This document shows, one piece after another, positions 30,318-40,042 of a DNA stretch of 64,000 nucleotides. Source of the stretch: an uncultured Nitrososphaerota archaeon (GTDB lineage: Archaea; Thermoproteota; Nitrososphaeria; Nitrososphaerales; CADDZS01); contig CAWCYI010000006.1 in NCBI GenBank assembly GCA_963799845.1, positions 352,001 to 416,000 on the forward strand, in the 5' to 3' direction. The position numbers and the translations under genes are program-made. Position 1 is the first letter of the stretch; every line of letters starts with the position of its first letter. Below the pieces are notes generated by a model. That model had not been told where the DNA came from, made no database searches, and saw nothing but the letters and a program-made list of their open reading frames with translations.

Positions 30318-31001
30318 ATGGTCCAAGTTTTTCTTGACACTGCGTCGCTGAACGAGATTGAAGAAATTTCTAGTTGGGGAATTGTGGATGGGGTTACAAC
30401 AAACCAGAAGATTTTCCTCGCCGAGGGAGGAGTGGACTTTCGGAAGAGGGTTCTCGACATTTGCCACATCGTGGATGGGCCAATAAGTGTTGAGACAACG
30501 AAAAACAACGTCAGGGACCTCCTTGACGAAGCTCGAGAGTACGCGTCCTGGCACAAGAATATTGTGATAAAGGTCGCAATGTTTGGTAACGGTGATGGCC
30601 TCAAGGTCGTGAGTCAGTTGACCCGCGAGGGTATCAAGACCAACATGACGGTAATGATGACCTTCAACCAACTTGTTCTCGCCACAAAAGCCGGTGCCAC
30701 TTTTGTTTCGCTATTTTACAACCGGTCTAAGGAAGCCGGCGAGGATCCGGCCAAGATAATCAGAGATTACGCTGCTTTTACGAAGGAAGGCGGGTATGCT
30801 TCTCGGCTCATTGTCGGGAGCATCAGAACACCAGAAGACGTTGCGACCGCGATAACATGTGGGGCGCACATCATGACGATACCAACGAAGATTCTGAAGG
30901 CCATGCCGTATAACAAGCGGACGGAAGAAACAATTGCTGAATTCGATCGCGCTTGGATCGATTTTCTGGCTAAGAGCAATCCGCAGAAGATCGCTCAGTA
31001 A
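30318..31001 (+). CDS. tal: Transaldolase (short TalC-type)
   Basis: FLDTA, GVTTN, ISVE, catalytic Lys in IVIKV, FVSLF; the Glu and Phe pattern favours transaldolase over FSA. Confidence 0.85.
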   Translation: MVQVFLDTASLNEIEEISSWGIVDGVTTNQKIFLAEGGVDFRKRVLDICHIVDGPISVETTKNNVRDLLDEAREYASWHKNIVIKVAMFGNGDGLKVVSQLTREGIKTNMTVMMTFNQLVLATKAGATFVSLFYNRSKEAGEDPAKIIRDYAAFTKEGGYASRLIVGSIRTPEDVATAITCGAHIMTIPTKILKAMPYNKRTEETIAEFDRAWIDFLAKSNPQKIAQ

Positions 31002-31621
31002 TTTCCTTTCTTGATCGTCGAAATCTTTTCCCTCAGCTGTTCGCACATCAGGTGCGTCAGTACGAGATGCATCCCCTCGACGTGGGGAGTGGATTCAGCC
31101 GGCACGACGATGCAGGCGTCTGACGCCGTTTTGAGTACACCGCCATCGAATCCGGCGAGCCCGACAATCCTGCCGCCGTGATCCTTCGCGTATTTCACAG
31201 CTTTCAATAGATTCTGCGACCAGGGCCCTGCCTTGTCGCTGCCTGAACCGCCGTGGACGCTTATCACGACCAAGATGTCTCCCCTCCTGAAAAAATTGCG
31301 AAGCTGCTCGGAGTACACGTCTCCCCATCCGTTGTCATTTGTGAGAGCGCTGACCAGCGGGATATTGTCCACAAGCGCAAATGCGCGAAACTTTCGCTCT
31401 GCGTTGTCCGAAACCCACTTGTTCAGGTCGCACGCAAAGTGAGTCGCAGTTGAGGCCGAGCCGCCGTTTCCGATGATAAAAATCTGGTTGTCGTTCTTCC
31501 AGACATCGTAAAAGATCTCGATTGCTTTATCGATCACTTTTCTATCCAGATCTCCCGCAATGTCGGCGACCTCGAGGAGGTATCCGTCGGTCCGAGTCGT
31601 ACTCAATTCGACCCAATTCAT
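30995..31621 (-). CDS. gmhA: Sedoheptulose-7-phosphate isomerase (SIS domain)
   Basis: GNGGSASTATHFACD, ALTND.G, GDIL..IS..G.S, GFDGG, EGMH...H. Confidence 0.85.
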   Translation of the reverse strand: MNWVELSTTRTDGYLLEVADIAGDLDRKVIDKAIEIFYDVWKNDNQIFIIGNGGSASTATHFACDLNKWVSDNAERKFRAFALVDNIPLVSALTNDNGWGDVYSEQLRNFFRRGDILVVISVHGGSGSDKAGPWSQNLLKAVKYAKDHGGRIVGLAGFDGGVLKTASDACIVVPAESTPHVEGMHLVLTHLMCEQLREKISTIKKGNY

Positions 31622-31985
31622 TCCATCGAATGTTATTTAGCTTTCGAGGAGAGCACGCTTGCATTTTTTAGCTCGAAATTGTCGAACAGAGCTTGAAACG
31701 AGCTCTTCGGTACGCAGAATTGCGCCCCCGTGTAGAACAGTGCAAAATTGGCATAATAAATCAATGATTATGAAACAATGACTTTGGGAAGCAAGGAGTC
31801 TACTCGGGTACACGAGATAGAGAGCAGGACCCAAAGGAACCGATGCCGAAAACCTGCGGAATCTTTTCTACTGGATTCGGCGAAACTTGAACTTAGACTG
31901 AGCTGAATTAAGTTTACGTAGATTTCCAGCCACAAGTTCTGGCTCAAATTCGTTAAATAACGTCCGAGGATCCAGTTGGTTAAAC

Positions 31986-32969
31986 TTGATCATCTCAAGG
32001 ACGCCGTTCCGCATGCCCCTCGGCGGAGGAGGGACGGACCTGCCCTGGTATTACAAGAATTACGGCGGTTTCTTCATTTCAGGCGCGATCAACAAGTACA
32101 TGCACATCGTGGTAAACCGACGATTTGAACCCGGGATCAGAGTCAGCTACTCCCAAACGGAGGATGTCGAAGATCTGGAAAAGATCAAGCATCCGTCCGC
32201 GCGGGAAGCCTTGAAGATGCTAGACATCAAGGATCGGATCGAAGTTGTTTCCCTCGCGGATGCTCCGGCATCAACCGGGCTGGGTTCGTCCGGCAGTTTC
32301 ACGGTCGGTCTTCTAAATGCCCTGTATGCGTTCAAGAAGATAACTAAAACTCCGGAACAGATCGCAGAAGAGGCTTGCGACATTGCGATGAACCGTCTTA
32401 AGGAGCCGTCGGGCAAACAGGACGAGTACGTCGCCGCCTTGGGCGGGATTAGGGCATACGAAATCTTGACCAATGGGGAGGTGAAAGTCACAGACCTGAA
32501 AATATCGGACGAGATCGTCGCCGAGCTGGAGAGCAGCATCATGATGTTTTACACCGGGATAAAGAGGAGTGCGAATGATGTCCTTCGAAAGCAGGCGCAG
32601 CAGGTCTCGAAAGAAGACGGAAAGGCTATCGAGAAGATGCACAGCATAAAGCGGATCGGGATTGAAAGCCGCCACGCGATCGAGATGGGCGACCTCGGCC
32701 GATTCGGCGAACTTTTGGACGAGCACTGGATTTTGAAGAGAGGAGTTACCGATACAATGTCCAACGACCGGATTGACCACTGGTATTCGATTGCAAAAGA
32801 AAATGGTGCCATCGGTGGGAAGATTATAGGTGCGGGTGGTGGAGGATTTTTGATGATCTACTGCGATGAAGGCCAGCGGAAAGTCCGCGCAGCTCTTGCA
32901 AGCGAGGGTCTGGTCGAGTACCGATTCCGGTTTGATTTCGAAGGCAGCAAGGTAGTGCACAACGTTTGA
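31986..32969 (+). CDS. hddA: GHMP sugar kinase, D-glycero-D-manno-heptose-7-phosphate kinase-like
   Basis: RTPFR..LGGGGTDLP, GLGSSG, GKQDEY..ALGG, HW..KR, GGK..GAGGGGF. Confidence 0.88.
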   Translation: MIISRTPFRMPLGGGGTDLPWYYKNYGGFFISGAINKYMHIVVNRRFEPGIRVSYSQTEDVEDLEKIKHPSAREALKMLDIKDRIEVVSLADAPASTGLGSSGSFTVGLLNALYAFKKITKTPEQIAEEACDIAMNRLKEPSGKQDEYVAALGGIRAYEILTNGEVKVTDLKISDEIVAELESSIMMFYTGIKRSANDVLRKQAQQVSKEDGKAIEKMHSIKRIGIESRHAIEMGDLGRFGELLDEHWILKRGVTDTMSNDRIDHWYSIAKENGAIGGKIIGAGGGGFLMIYCDEGQRKVRAALASEGLVEYRFRFDFEGSKVVHNV

Positions 32970-32989
32970 TTTTAGGTTGAGCGATCTAC

Positions 32990-33928
32990 GTGAAGGCTCT
33001 AGTCACTGGTGGTCTTGGATTTATCGGCAGTCATCTCGTGGATAGGCTACTTTCTGATGCTTGGGAGGTAGTAGTTCTCGATGATCTCCTTACCGGCCAC
33101 GATATCCAACATCGCGCATCAAAAAGACAATCCGCGATTGGCGATCCTCGAGGGAGACGTTCGTGACATTGCAGAAGTTAAGAAAGCTTCGCTTGGTTGC
33201 GACGCAGTCTTCCACCTCGCGGCGCACGCACTTATGAGAGTGAGCCTAACTGACAGAAGGGCGGACCTTGATCATAATCTCATAGGAACTCTCAACGTTC
33301 TGGAGAGTATGATAGAAAATAGGATATCAGACTTTGTCTTCGCGTCTACCTCCGCACTTTACGGGGAGGCGACTGTTACTCCAACCCCCGAGGATTATTT
33401 TGGAACTCAGACTTCACTTTACGGAGCGGCGAAGCTGGCGGGTGAAGCTTTTGCGGAAGCCTACACACAACTTTCCGATATCAGAATGTGGGCCTTCCGG
33501 TTTGGAACTGTCCTGGGGGAGAGGTGCAGGAGGGGGGCAATTTGGGATTTTGTAGGAAAGCTTCGGCCAATCCCAGAGAGCTTGAGATCTTAGGGGATGG
33601 CAGACAGAAGAAAGACTACCTTTCTGTTTTGGATTGTGTCGAGGGGATAATGACTGGATATCAAAAGGGAAGGCAATCTTCAAACGTATTCAACATCGCG
33701 CTGCAAGAATTGACTTCCGTGGACAATCTAGCTGACATCGTTATCAATGAAATGCATCTTACAGGTGTGAAGAAAAAATACACCGGTGGTTCGAGAGGAT
33801 GGATAGGGGACAACCCGATCGTACACTTAGATGTTTCGAAACTGAAATCATATGGATGGAAGCCAAAGTTTACCGTAGAAGAGGTCATAACGTCGACAAC
33901 TCGCTGGACGATAGCCAATAGATCCTGA
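32990..33928 (+). CDS. NAD-dependent nucleotide-sugar epimerase, GalE-like (frameshifts near 33090 and 33565)
   Basis: GTG start [16 protein letters not shown]; [31 protein letters not shown]. Confidence 0.85.
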
Positions 33929-33944
33929 ATCAAGTGTCGTTGAT

Positions 33945-34928
33945 ATGGAGCGAGTTGCGGTCACAGGAGGAGCCGGCTTCATCGGAAGCCACATTGCAAG
34001 AAGGCTACTGGATGAAGGCGACTTGATAAGAATAGTCGATGATTACTCCTCCGGTTCAGAGCAGAACCTTTCGGATATGCGAGTAAGAGAAAGGGTGGTT
34101 CGTGGCGATCTGCGGGAGTACTCCTTTGCCCGAGATTCTTTGAAGAATGTCGATACGGTATATCATTTTGCCGCAGAGGTCGGCAGCGTCCAATACCTGC
34201 ACGGCTCAGCAGAAGGCGAACTCCACGCACTTCAGGCGAATCTGTCAATTGACACGAACGTTTTTAGGGCATGCATCGAGAACGGAATCAGAAAAATCAT
34301 CTACGCCTCAAGCGTTTCTGTTTATCCAAAACACCTCCAAATGACGCAGAGTTCTTCCTTCAAAGAAGAAGATTCCGACGCTGTTGTAGAACCAGAGGGG
34401 GGCTACGGCTGGTCAAAATATGTCGCGGAAAAGCAACTCGAAATGATGGTGCATGTGAAGTCAGGAGTCGCCAGGATCTTTCATGCATATGGGAAAAACA
34501 TCTATCTGAAGCCTGACAAGAGCCAAGTTATTGCCTCGCTGATCAGAAAGTCGATTGATTACCCGGAAGAAGGGTTTGTCGTCTGGGGAGATGGCAATCA
34601 GAAAAGATGTTTTGTTTACATTGATGATGTGATAGAGGCTCTCTTCTTGCTCCGTGATTATATAGAAATGAACGACAAACTCACCGTCAATATTGGTAGC
34701 ATCGAGGAGACAAGCATCTCAGATCTTGCGTCAAAAATTATTGGACTCTCTGGAAAGGAAATCCCCCTCAAATTTGACCCTTCGAAACCGACCGGCGTAA
34801 TCCAGAGAAAACCATCTCTTGAAAAAATAAAAAAGTCCCTGGGCTGGTCACCTAAGACAAAGCTCAATGATGGCTTGCGAGTAACTTATGACTGGGTATC
34901 GCAACGGATGAAGACTGGTCTTGCTTGA
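33945..34928 (+). CDS. NAD-dependent epimerase/dehydratase resembling GDP-mannose 3,5-epimerase
   Basis: GGAGFIG, HFAA.VG, ASSVSVYP, EPEGGYGWSK, VWGDGNQKRCFVYIDD. Confidence 0.8.
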   Translation: MERVAVTGGAGFIGSHIARRLLDEGDLIRIVDDYSSGSEQNLSDMRVRERVVRGDLREYSFARDSLKNVDTVYHFAAEVGSVQYLHGSAEGELHALQANLSIDTNVFRACIENGIRKIIYASSVSVYPKHLQMTQSSSFKEEDSDAVVEPEGGYGWSKYVAEKQLEMMVHVKSGVARIFHAYGKNIYLKPDKSQVIASLIRKSIDYPEEGFVVWGDGNQKRCFVYIDDVIEALFLLRDYIEMNDKLTVNIGSIEETSISDLASKIIGLSGKEIPLKFDPSKPTGVIQRKPSLEKIKKSLGWSPKTKLNDGLRVTYDWVSQRMKTGLA

Positions 34929-35023
34929 TTGGACATGTCTGTGATACGCAGCCAGATGCTTTTCGCGCTTCGAAAGACCGAAATAGCCCTAAATGCTTCC
35001 AAGGTTTGGTAAAGGGAAATACT

Positions 35024-35716
35024 TTGGTCGAAATCATCCCTGGCGTTCATCAAATAAAGGGTGTAAATGCAAATAGTTATCTCATCATCGAGAATGATGG
35101 CTCTCTCATTCTGATCGATTCCGGGATGTCCACGGGCGGAAAGAAAATCCTCGAATACGTGAAGACAAATCTGTCAAAACAGCCCTCTGAACTAAAGACA
35201 ATCCTTCTTACGCACGCCCATGTCGACCACATCAGGGGAGCGTCCGCGCTAAAGAAAGCTACTGGAGCGGAAGTGGTGATCCACGATCAGGATGCAGACT
35301 TTTTGTCAAAGAAGAAAAAATTACCTCCCCCGGGAGGTGCGATAGGGATTATTTTCAGGCTTTTTTCTGTGTTCATACAACCTCAGGCGGTTGAACCTGA
35401 TATCAGGCTGAAGGAAAATGACAAGATAGGATCTTCACTTACGGTGGTTCACACGCCCGGACACACTCCAGGAAGCATCACACTTTATGATGAGGGAAGA
35501 AAATTAGTTTTTGTTGGAGATGCGATAACTAACAGGGGAGGAAAGCTCCAGGGATCAATCAAGCAATTTTCCGTTGACCTGCGACAAGCTGACAAGTCGG
35601 TTGAAAAGATCTCTTCTCTAGATTTCGAAAGCCTTCTGAGCGGTCACGGGGAACCAGTAAAATCGGGCGGGGCGCAGAAAGTCCGTGAGCTCAGCGCGAC
35701 TTTGAACAAGAAATGA
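35024..35716 (+). CDS. MBL-fold metallo-hydrolase
   Basis: THAHVDHIRG, TPGHTPG, GDA, SGHG. Confidence 0.9.
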   Translation: MVEIIPGVHQIKGVNANSYLIIENDGSLILIDSGMSTGGKKILEYVKTNLSKQPSELKTILLTHAHVDHIRGASALKKATGAEVVIHDQDADFLSKKKKLPPPGGAIGIIFRLFSVFIQPQAVEPDIRLKENDKIGSSLTVVHTPGHTPGSITLYDEGRKLVFVGDAITNRGGKLQGSIKQFSVDLRQADKSVEKISSLDFESLLSGHGEPVKSGGAQKVRELSATLNKK

Positions 35717-36020
35717 GGGAATTGCTTTTCATTTGAGATGAGATCAAACACCCTGAGGGTTCTAAGTTTTTTTGATCCTATTTCGTCTTGTTATGAGAAG
35801 AAATAATGAATTCCCAGACTCTCAGCTTGCTCTCTTCCCTGCGGTACAAAACCAAGAATAAATTCCAATCTTCACTCGGTTCCCGACTTATTCCGAGTCG
35901 CAAGTGCTTTCGAAATTAAGTGTGCTGTTGCTATGCAATGCTTTGCAATGGTCAACTATCATGCATGATCCTTGTTCTGTACTGGAGGTTTAAGACGGAT
36001 TATTTTTCGGGTCAGATAAC

Positions 36021-36383
36021 ATGTTAAAAATAAAGTACGGCAATTATCTTGCCCTGATCCTAGTAGCGTTCTTCTTCGTCGGAGGTACCGGTTTTGCACC
36101 TGTTTCAGCAGGCGCAAGTTGCAATCTGACCAAGATACAGATAGCAGCTGGGACCATGACCGCAACGAGCGAGAAAGTATCGATAACCGCCACGCCCTCA
36201 TGCTGGTCCGGAAAGGTGGAAGTCAACCGAGGTAATGTGGACTTTCGTCTCATCACGGTCACTGTAGCCAATGGCCAAGGAATCGGAAGCATCGTTAGAA
36301 TAAGTGTGGCCCAGAACGTGCATCCATATGCACTGAACCCAGGGATGAGGGGAAACAACGTTATAGTGCCGGCTCTCGCTTAG
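36021..36383 (+). CDS. Small secreted beta-rich hypothetical protein
   Basis: Signal-peptide-like N-terminus, two Cys, alternating beta-strand pattern. Confidence 0.6.
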   Translation: MLKIKYGNYLALILVAFFFVGGTGFAPVSAGASCNLTKIQIAAGTMTATSEKVSITATPSCWSGKVEVNRGNVDFRLITVTVANGQGIGSIVRISVAQNVHPYALNPGMRGNNVIVPALA

Positions 36384-36551
36384 AACTAGAGCAAAGCAGG
36401 CGGGCTGTGACGGCCGTCGGGGATAGTAAATGCCCCTGCTATGACTGGCCAGAGCCGGCTTACCCCGAATCCGGCGCACGGGATTGATCCTGAATAAGTT
36501 CCCACACCAGATCTCACTTGTTCCTTTTAGTATTCGAGATTTAATTTGGTG

Positions 36552-36593
36552 ATATCGGTTCCAGTATCGAAAACCGATATTCCCAGTTTATAT
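36552..36593 (+). promoter_or_regulatory. 9-bp perfect inverted repeat immediately upstream of a TATA box
   Basis: ATATCGGTT (36552-36560)-N11-AACCGATAT (36572-36580), then TTTATAT (36587-36593), upstream of the phosphoesterase gene. Confidence 0.5.
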
Positions 36594-36697
36594 CATACTC
36601 TCCAAAAGATTGCCATCTCTTGCGCACTCGGTTCGTGGACCTCAAAGAGCATTGAAAATGAAGAACGCCAGAGATACCATTTGACAGGCAAGAGAAA

Positions 36698-38500
36698 GTG
36701 AAGAAAGAAACAATCATAATTCTAGGTATCATTACGTTGTTGCTGATGTTTGCTGCAACAGCGGTACCAGCGATCAGAACTTCAGCTGCGACTACAAGCT
36801 CCCCGATACAGCACGTCGTGATAATCATGCAGGAGAATCGAGCTTTCGATAACTACTTCTGGACTTATCCCAACGTAGCTGGAAACTACCAGACTGACGC
36901 CAGCGAGTGTATGCCCACAAGTCTTGCGACATTGATCGTTGATCCAACTGCAATTCCAAATCCAGTATTAGTTAAATCGAGCGTTTCGTTTACTGCAAAT
37001 GATGTAGGTGGAAAGGGGCCTTACAAGGCAAGCTGGACATTTGGTGACGGAAGTACCTCCGCTGCTACGAATCCTAACCACACTTACCCCAAGACTGGAA
37101 CCTATACAGTGAAGCTGACGGTTACAGATTCCTCCAGTCCTAAGCAGGAAGCAACTGGTTCAATAGTGGTATCGGTTGTCTCAACATTGGTGTCAAACGC
37201 TTCTCCGTCTCAATCGCTTTCATCACAATCTTGCGTAGCACCGATTTACACTACGAATGCTGTTTCATCTTCAAATCTTCCTCACACTTGGGCATCTTCA
37301 TACACTTCATATGACAACGGTAAGATGGACGGTTTTCTACAAGCCTCAAATGATAACAGTGAATCTATGGATTACTACAATGCTTCTACAATCCCTTACA
37401 TTTGGAATTTCTCTGAGGATTACACGCTTCAAGATATGATGTTCTCCTCAGCGAGATCTTATTCTCAACCTAATCACTGGTTTATGATAGCAGGTCAGGC
37501 TCCTCCCATCTCACTTCTGGAGAGCGGCCCTCAAGACAAGTCGCAGTGTCTTGCTTCAAACAAGACAATAACCTGGAGTACGTGTATCTATCTAGATGAA
37601 GCAAACGGTATTGTGGCAAACGGAGACAATCAAATTATTGGAAACGTAGGTGCGATTCAGACAATGCCAGATCTTCTTGCTGCTAATGGATTGACCTGGA
37701 AGTACTATGATATTCCGCTAAAGACATCTACTTCGTTTACTCAAGCCATTAAGGGAGGCACAAGTGTTTACGCCTACTGGAATCCTCTTCTCGCTCTCAA
37801 CTCTAGTTATCAATCTTCTATGACCTCAAGTATAGCTCCTCGATCCCAATTTTTTTCTGATCTTTCTAGTGGCAACCTCCCCGATGTATCATGGGTTATT
37901 CCGTCTGCTCCCATTTCTGATCATCCCCCCGATAACATAACTCTAGGAGAATGGTGGATAGACGATGTAGTGAGTTCGGTAATGCAAAGTAAATATTGGA
38001 GCAGTACTGCTATCTTTGTACAATGGGATGATTATGGGGGTTTCTTCGATACAATTGTTCCTCCCGTTAATTCGTATGCGCAGACTCTCGACGGAATGCC
38101 CATAGGTGACAGCTTTAGAGTTCCATCAATAGTCATTTCGCCATATGCAAGAGCAGGTTATGTTGACAGTGCCAGTTATGACTTCGAATCAACGCTGGCT
38201 TTTATTGAATGGAACTGGCACCTTCCGGCTCTGACTCTTACAGACGAACATGCCTTGCCGATGTTAAATTCATTCAACTTTGCCCAGGCTCCTCTTCCAC
38301 CCAAATTCATTCCATTGACGGCTAAACAACTGGCAACAATTACACCGTACATAGATATTGGAACGAATTCAAATCCGCCTCCTCTTGGTGTAATGATCGG
38401 ATCAAGCGGTTTGACTCGTGAAACTTCACAGCAGGCTAATCATGCGCAGCAAGCATCAATCAACGCGTCGAACTCTTTCATAGGCGGAGACGATGACTGA
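36698..38500 (+). CDS. Secreted phospholipase C/acid phosphatase-family phosphoesterase with inserted PKD domain
   Basis: Signal peptide; HVVIIMQENRAFDNYF; PKD WTFGDG...HTY...GTYTVKLTVTD; NGKMDGF; SDHP; WDDYGGFFD; RVP.IVISPY. Confidence 0.85.
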   Translation: MKKETIIILGIITLLLMFAATAVPAIRTSAATTSSPIQHVVIIMQENRAFDNYFWTYPNVAGNYQTDASECMPTSLATLIVDPTAIPNPVLVKSSVSFTANDVGGKGPYKASWTFGDGSTSAATNPNHTYPKTGTYTVKLTVTDSSSPKQEATGSIVVSVVSTLVSNASPSQSLSSQSCVAPIYTTNAVSSSNLPHTWASSYTSYDNGKMDGFLQASNDNSESMDYYNASTIPYIWNFSEDYTLQDMMFSSARSYSQPNHWFMIAGQAPPISLLESGPQDKSQCLASNKTITWSTCIYLDEANGIVANGDNQIIGNVGAIQTMPDLLAANGLTWKYYDIPLKTSTSFTQAIKGGTSVYAYWNPLLALNSSYQSSMTSSIAPRSQFFSDLSSGNLPDVSWVIPSAPISDHPPDNITLGEWWIDDVVSSVMQSKYWSSTAIFVQWDDYGGFFDTIVPPVNSYAQTLDGMPIGDSFRVPSIVISPYARAGYVDSASYDFESTLAFIEWNWHLPALTLTDEHALPMLNSFNFAQAPLPPKFIPLTAKQLATITPYIDIGTNSNPPPLGVMIGSSGLTRETSQQANHAQQASINASNSFIGGDDD

Positions 38501-38629
38501 ATTTGTGCTCTCCTAAATAATGATAGAACATGCATGAATGAAAATGTAGTGATTGTTCGGTCGATCCTGACCATAGTATCAGGAGAACAATCAAATCCTG
38601 AACAATCCATTTAAGAAGCCAAAAGGAAG

Positions 38630-38770
38630 CGGGCCCGGTGGGATTTGAACCCACGACCTACAGCTATCTCTGCATAGCGGATAGGAGGATCGACGCTTGC
38701 CGTTACACTGCCGCGCTATCCATGCTTCGCCCGATCGGTCGCATTCCGAATCAGACTGCGCTACGAGCCC
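38630..38770 (-). tRNA. tRNA-Arg(CCT) with three introns: 15/16 (38725-38755), 30/31 (38689-38707), 37/38 (38666-38681)
   Basis: Removing 31+19+16 nt gives a 75-nt cloverleaf GGGCTCG TA GCGC AGCATGGATA GCGC G GCAGC CTCCTAA GCTGT AGGTC GTGGG TTCAAAT CCCAC CGGGCCC G. Confidence 0.88.
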
Positions 38771-38907
38771 ATGTCAAAATTCGCTATCTCGAATCGCGAT
38801 TTATGGTCATCGCTTGAAGCTTTTCATTATCTTTTCAGAAATGTACCAATCAACTTAAAGTCGTAAATTGGAACGTTATCGGAATAATTCCCGTGTAGAT
38901 TGCTTCT

Positions 38908-39540
38908 TTGTCAATAACTTCCCAGATTTTTAATTTCGTGATAAGTCTTGTCGAAAAATCTGGTTACACGGGTGTTTTCGTTCTCATGGTAATGGGGACC
39001 GCTACGCTACCCATTCCAAGCGAGGTAGTACTTCCCGTCGCTGGATACCTTGTCTTTCTTGGCCAACTGAACTACTGGGTCGTTCTGATTGTTTCGTCGA
39101 TAGGGAGTCTGATCGGCACGATGATTGATTACTGGGTCGGTTACTATCTTGGTCGAGCCGCAATCTTGAGGTATGGCAGGTTCGTCCGACTGAATGAGAA
39201 TCATCTGAAGACCACGGAAAAATGGTTTGCGAAGTATGGAGAAGCAACAGTTTTCCTGACGAGATTTGTCCCGCTTATCAGAACTCTAGTGGCTTTTCCG
39301 GCTGGTATCGCAGAAATGAAACTCTGGAAATTTGTCTCTTTTTCGATCGTAGGACTCTTCGTATATAACGCAATTTTGATTTATCTTGGTGAATTGTTCG
39401 GAGCGAACTATTCTAGCATCGTCTCTTCCCTTTCTAATGCCTTCTTCGTCATAGAAGTATTGGCGGTTGTCATCGTAGTGATAGTTCTGTTCTTGTGGCT
39501 CAGGCGGAAGGCGCCTCAGAAAGAAAAGGCGCAGCCCTAA
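38908..39540 (+). CDS. DedA-family membrane protein
   Basis: LPIPSEVVLP.AG, YWVGY..GR, F.KYG..TVF..RFVP..RT..FPAG. Confidence 0.92.
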   Translation: MSITSQIFNFVISLVEKSGYTGVFVLMVMGTATLPIPSEVVLPVAGYLVFLGQLNYWVVLIVSSIGSLIGTMIDYWVGYYLGRAAILRYGRFVRLNENHLKTTEKWFAKYGEATVFLTRFVPLIRTLVAFPAGIAEMKLWKFVSFSIVGLFVYNAILIYLGELFGANYSSIVSSLSNAFFVIEVLAVVIVVIVLFLWLRRKAPQKEKAQP

Positions 39541-39594
39541 GTGGAGTTTCCGAACTTTTCTCGATCTGCCTCACAATGTAAAAAACGTAAATTG

Positions 39595-39909
39595 TCACTG
39601 CGAGGACAGTAGTGCTGAGCTTGGTCGCGAATACCAGGTTCCACGGCGTTTTTTGATTCGGAAACTGATTGAGCAGAACGTCAGGATTAACACTTGCGAG
39701 CGGGAAATCCCACATGCTTTTGGTCGTGGGAGGATGTCACTAATCAGGAATGCAATCGTTTCCGCGATTTCAGCAATCGTGCAGCCGAGCGCGGTCGCGG
39801 CGAGCGCCGACGTCTTCGTGCTTTCCGGCGCAAGGACGACAATTTTTGCATCGATCCTCCGATCTCGGACGAATTCCCGCACGGCTTCAATACCGGCGTG
39901 AGAATCCAA
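39595..39909 (-). pseudogene. Truncated YbaK/aminoacyl-tRNA-editing-like gene
   Basis: STKTSALAATALGC.IAEIA.TI matches the YbaK N-terminus (conserved Lys appears as Glu); similarity lost afterwards. Confidence 0.45.
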
Positions 39910-40042
39910 GTAAAGTCTCTCGATGATAGTTGATTTTTGCTTTGATAAGACTTCAATTTCGGATTGATGTTTGAGAGACGCTGAGAAACTTTACACAATA
40001 TTCTTTAGCTCGGCCATCTCTCTAAATCAGCAGAACTTTTTC

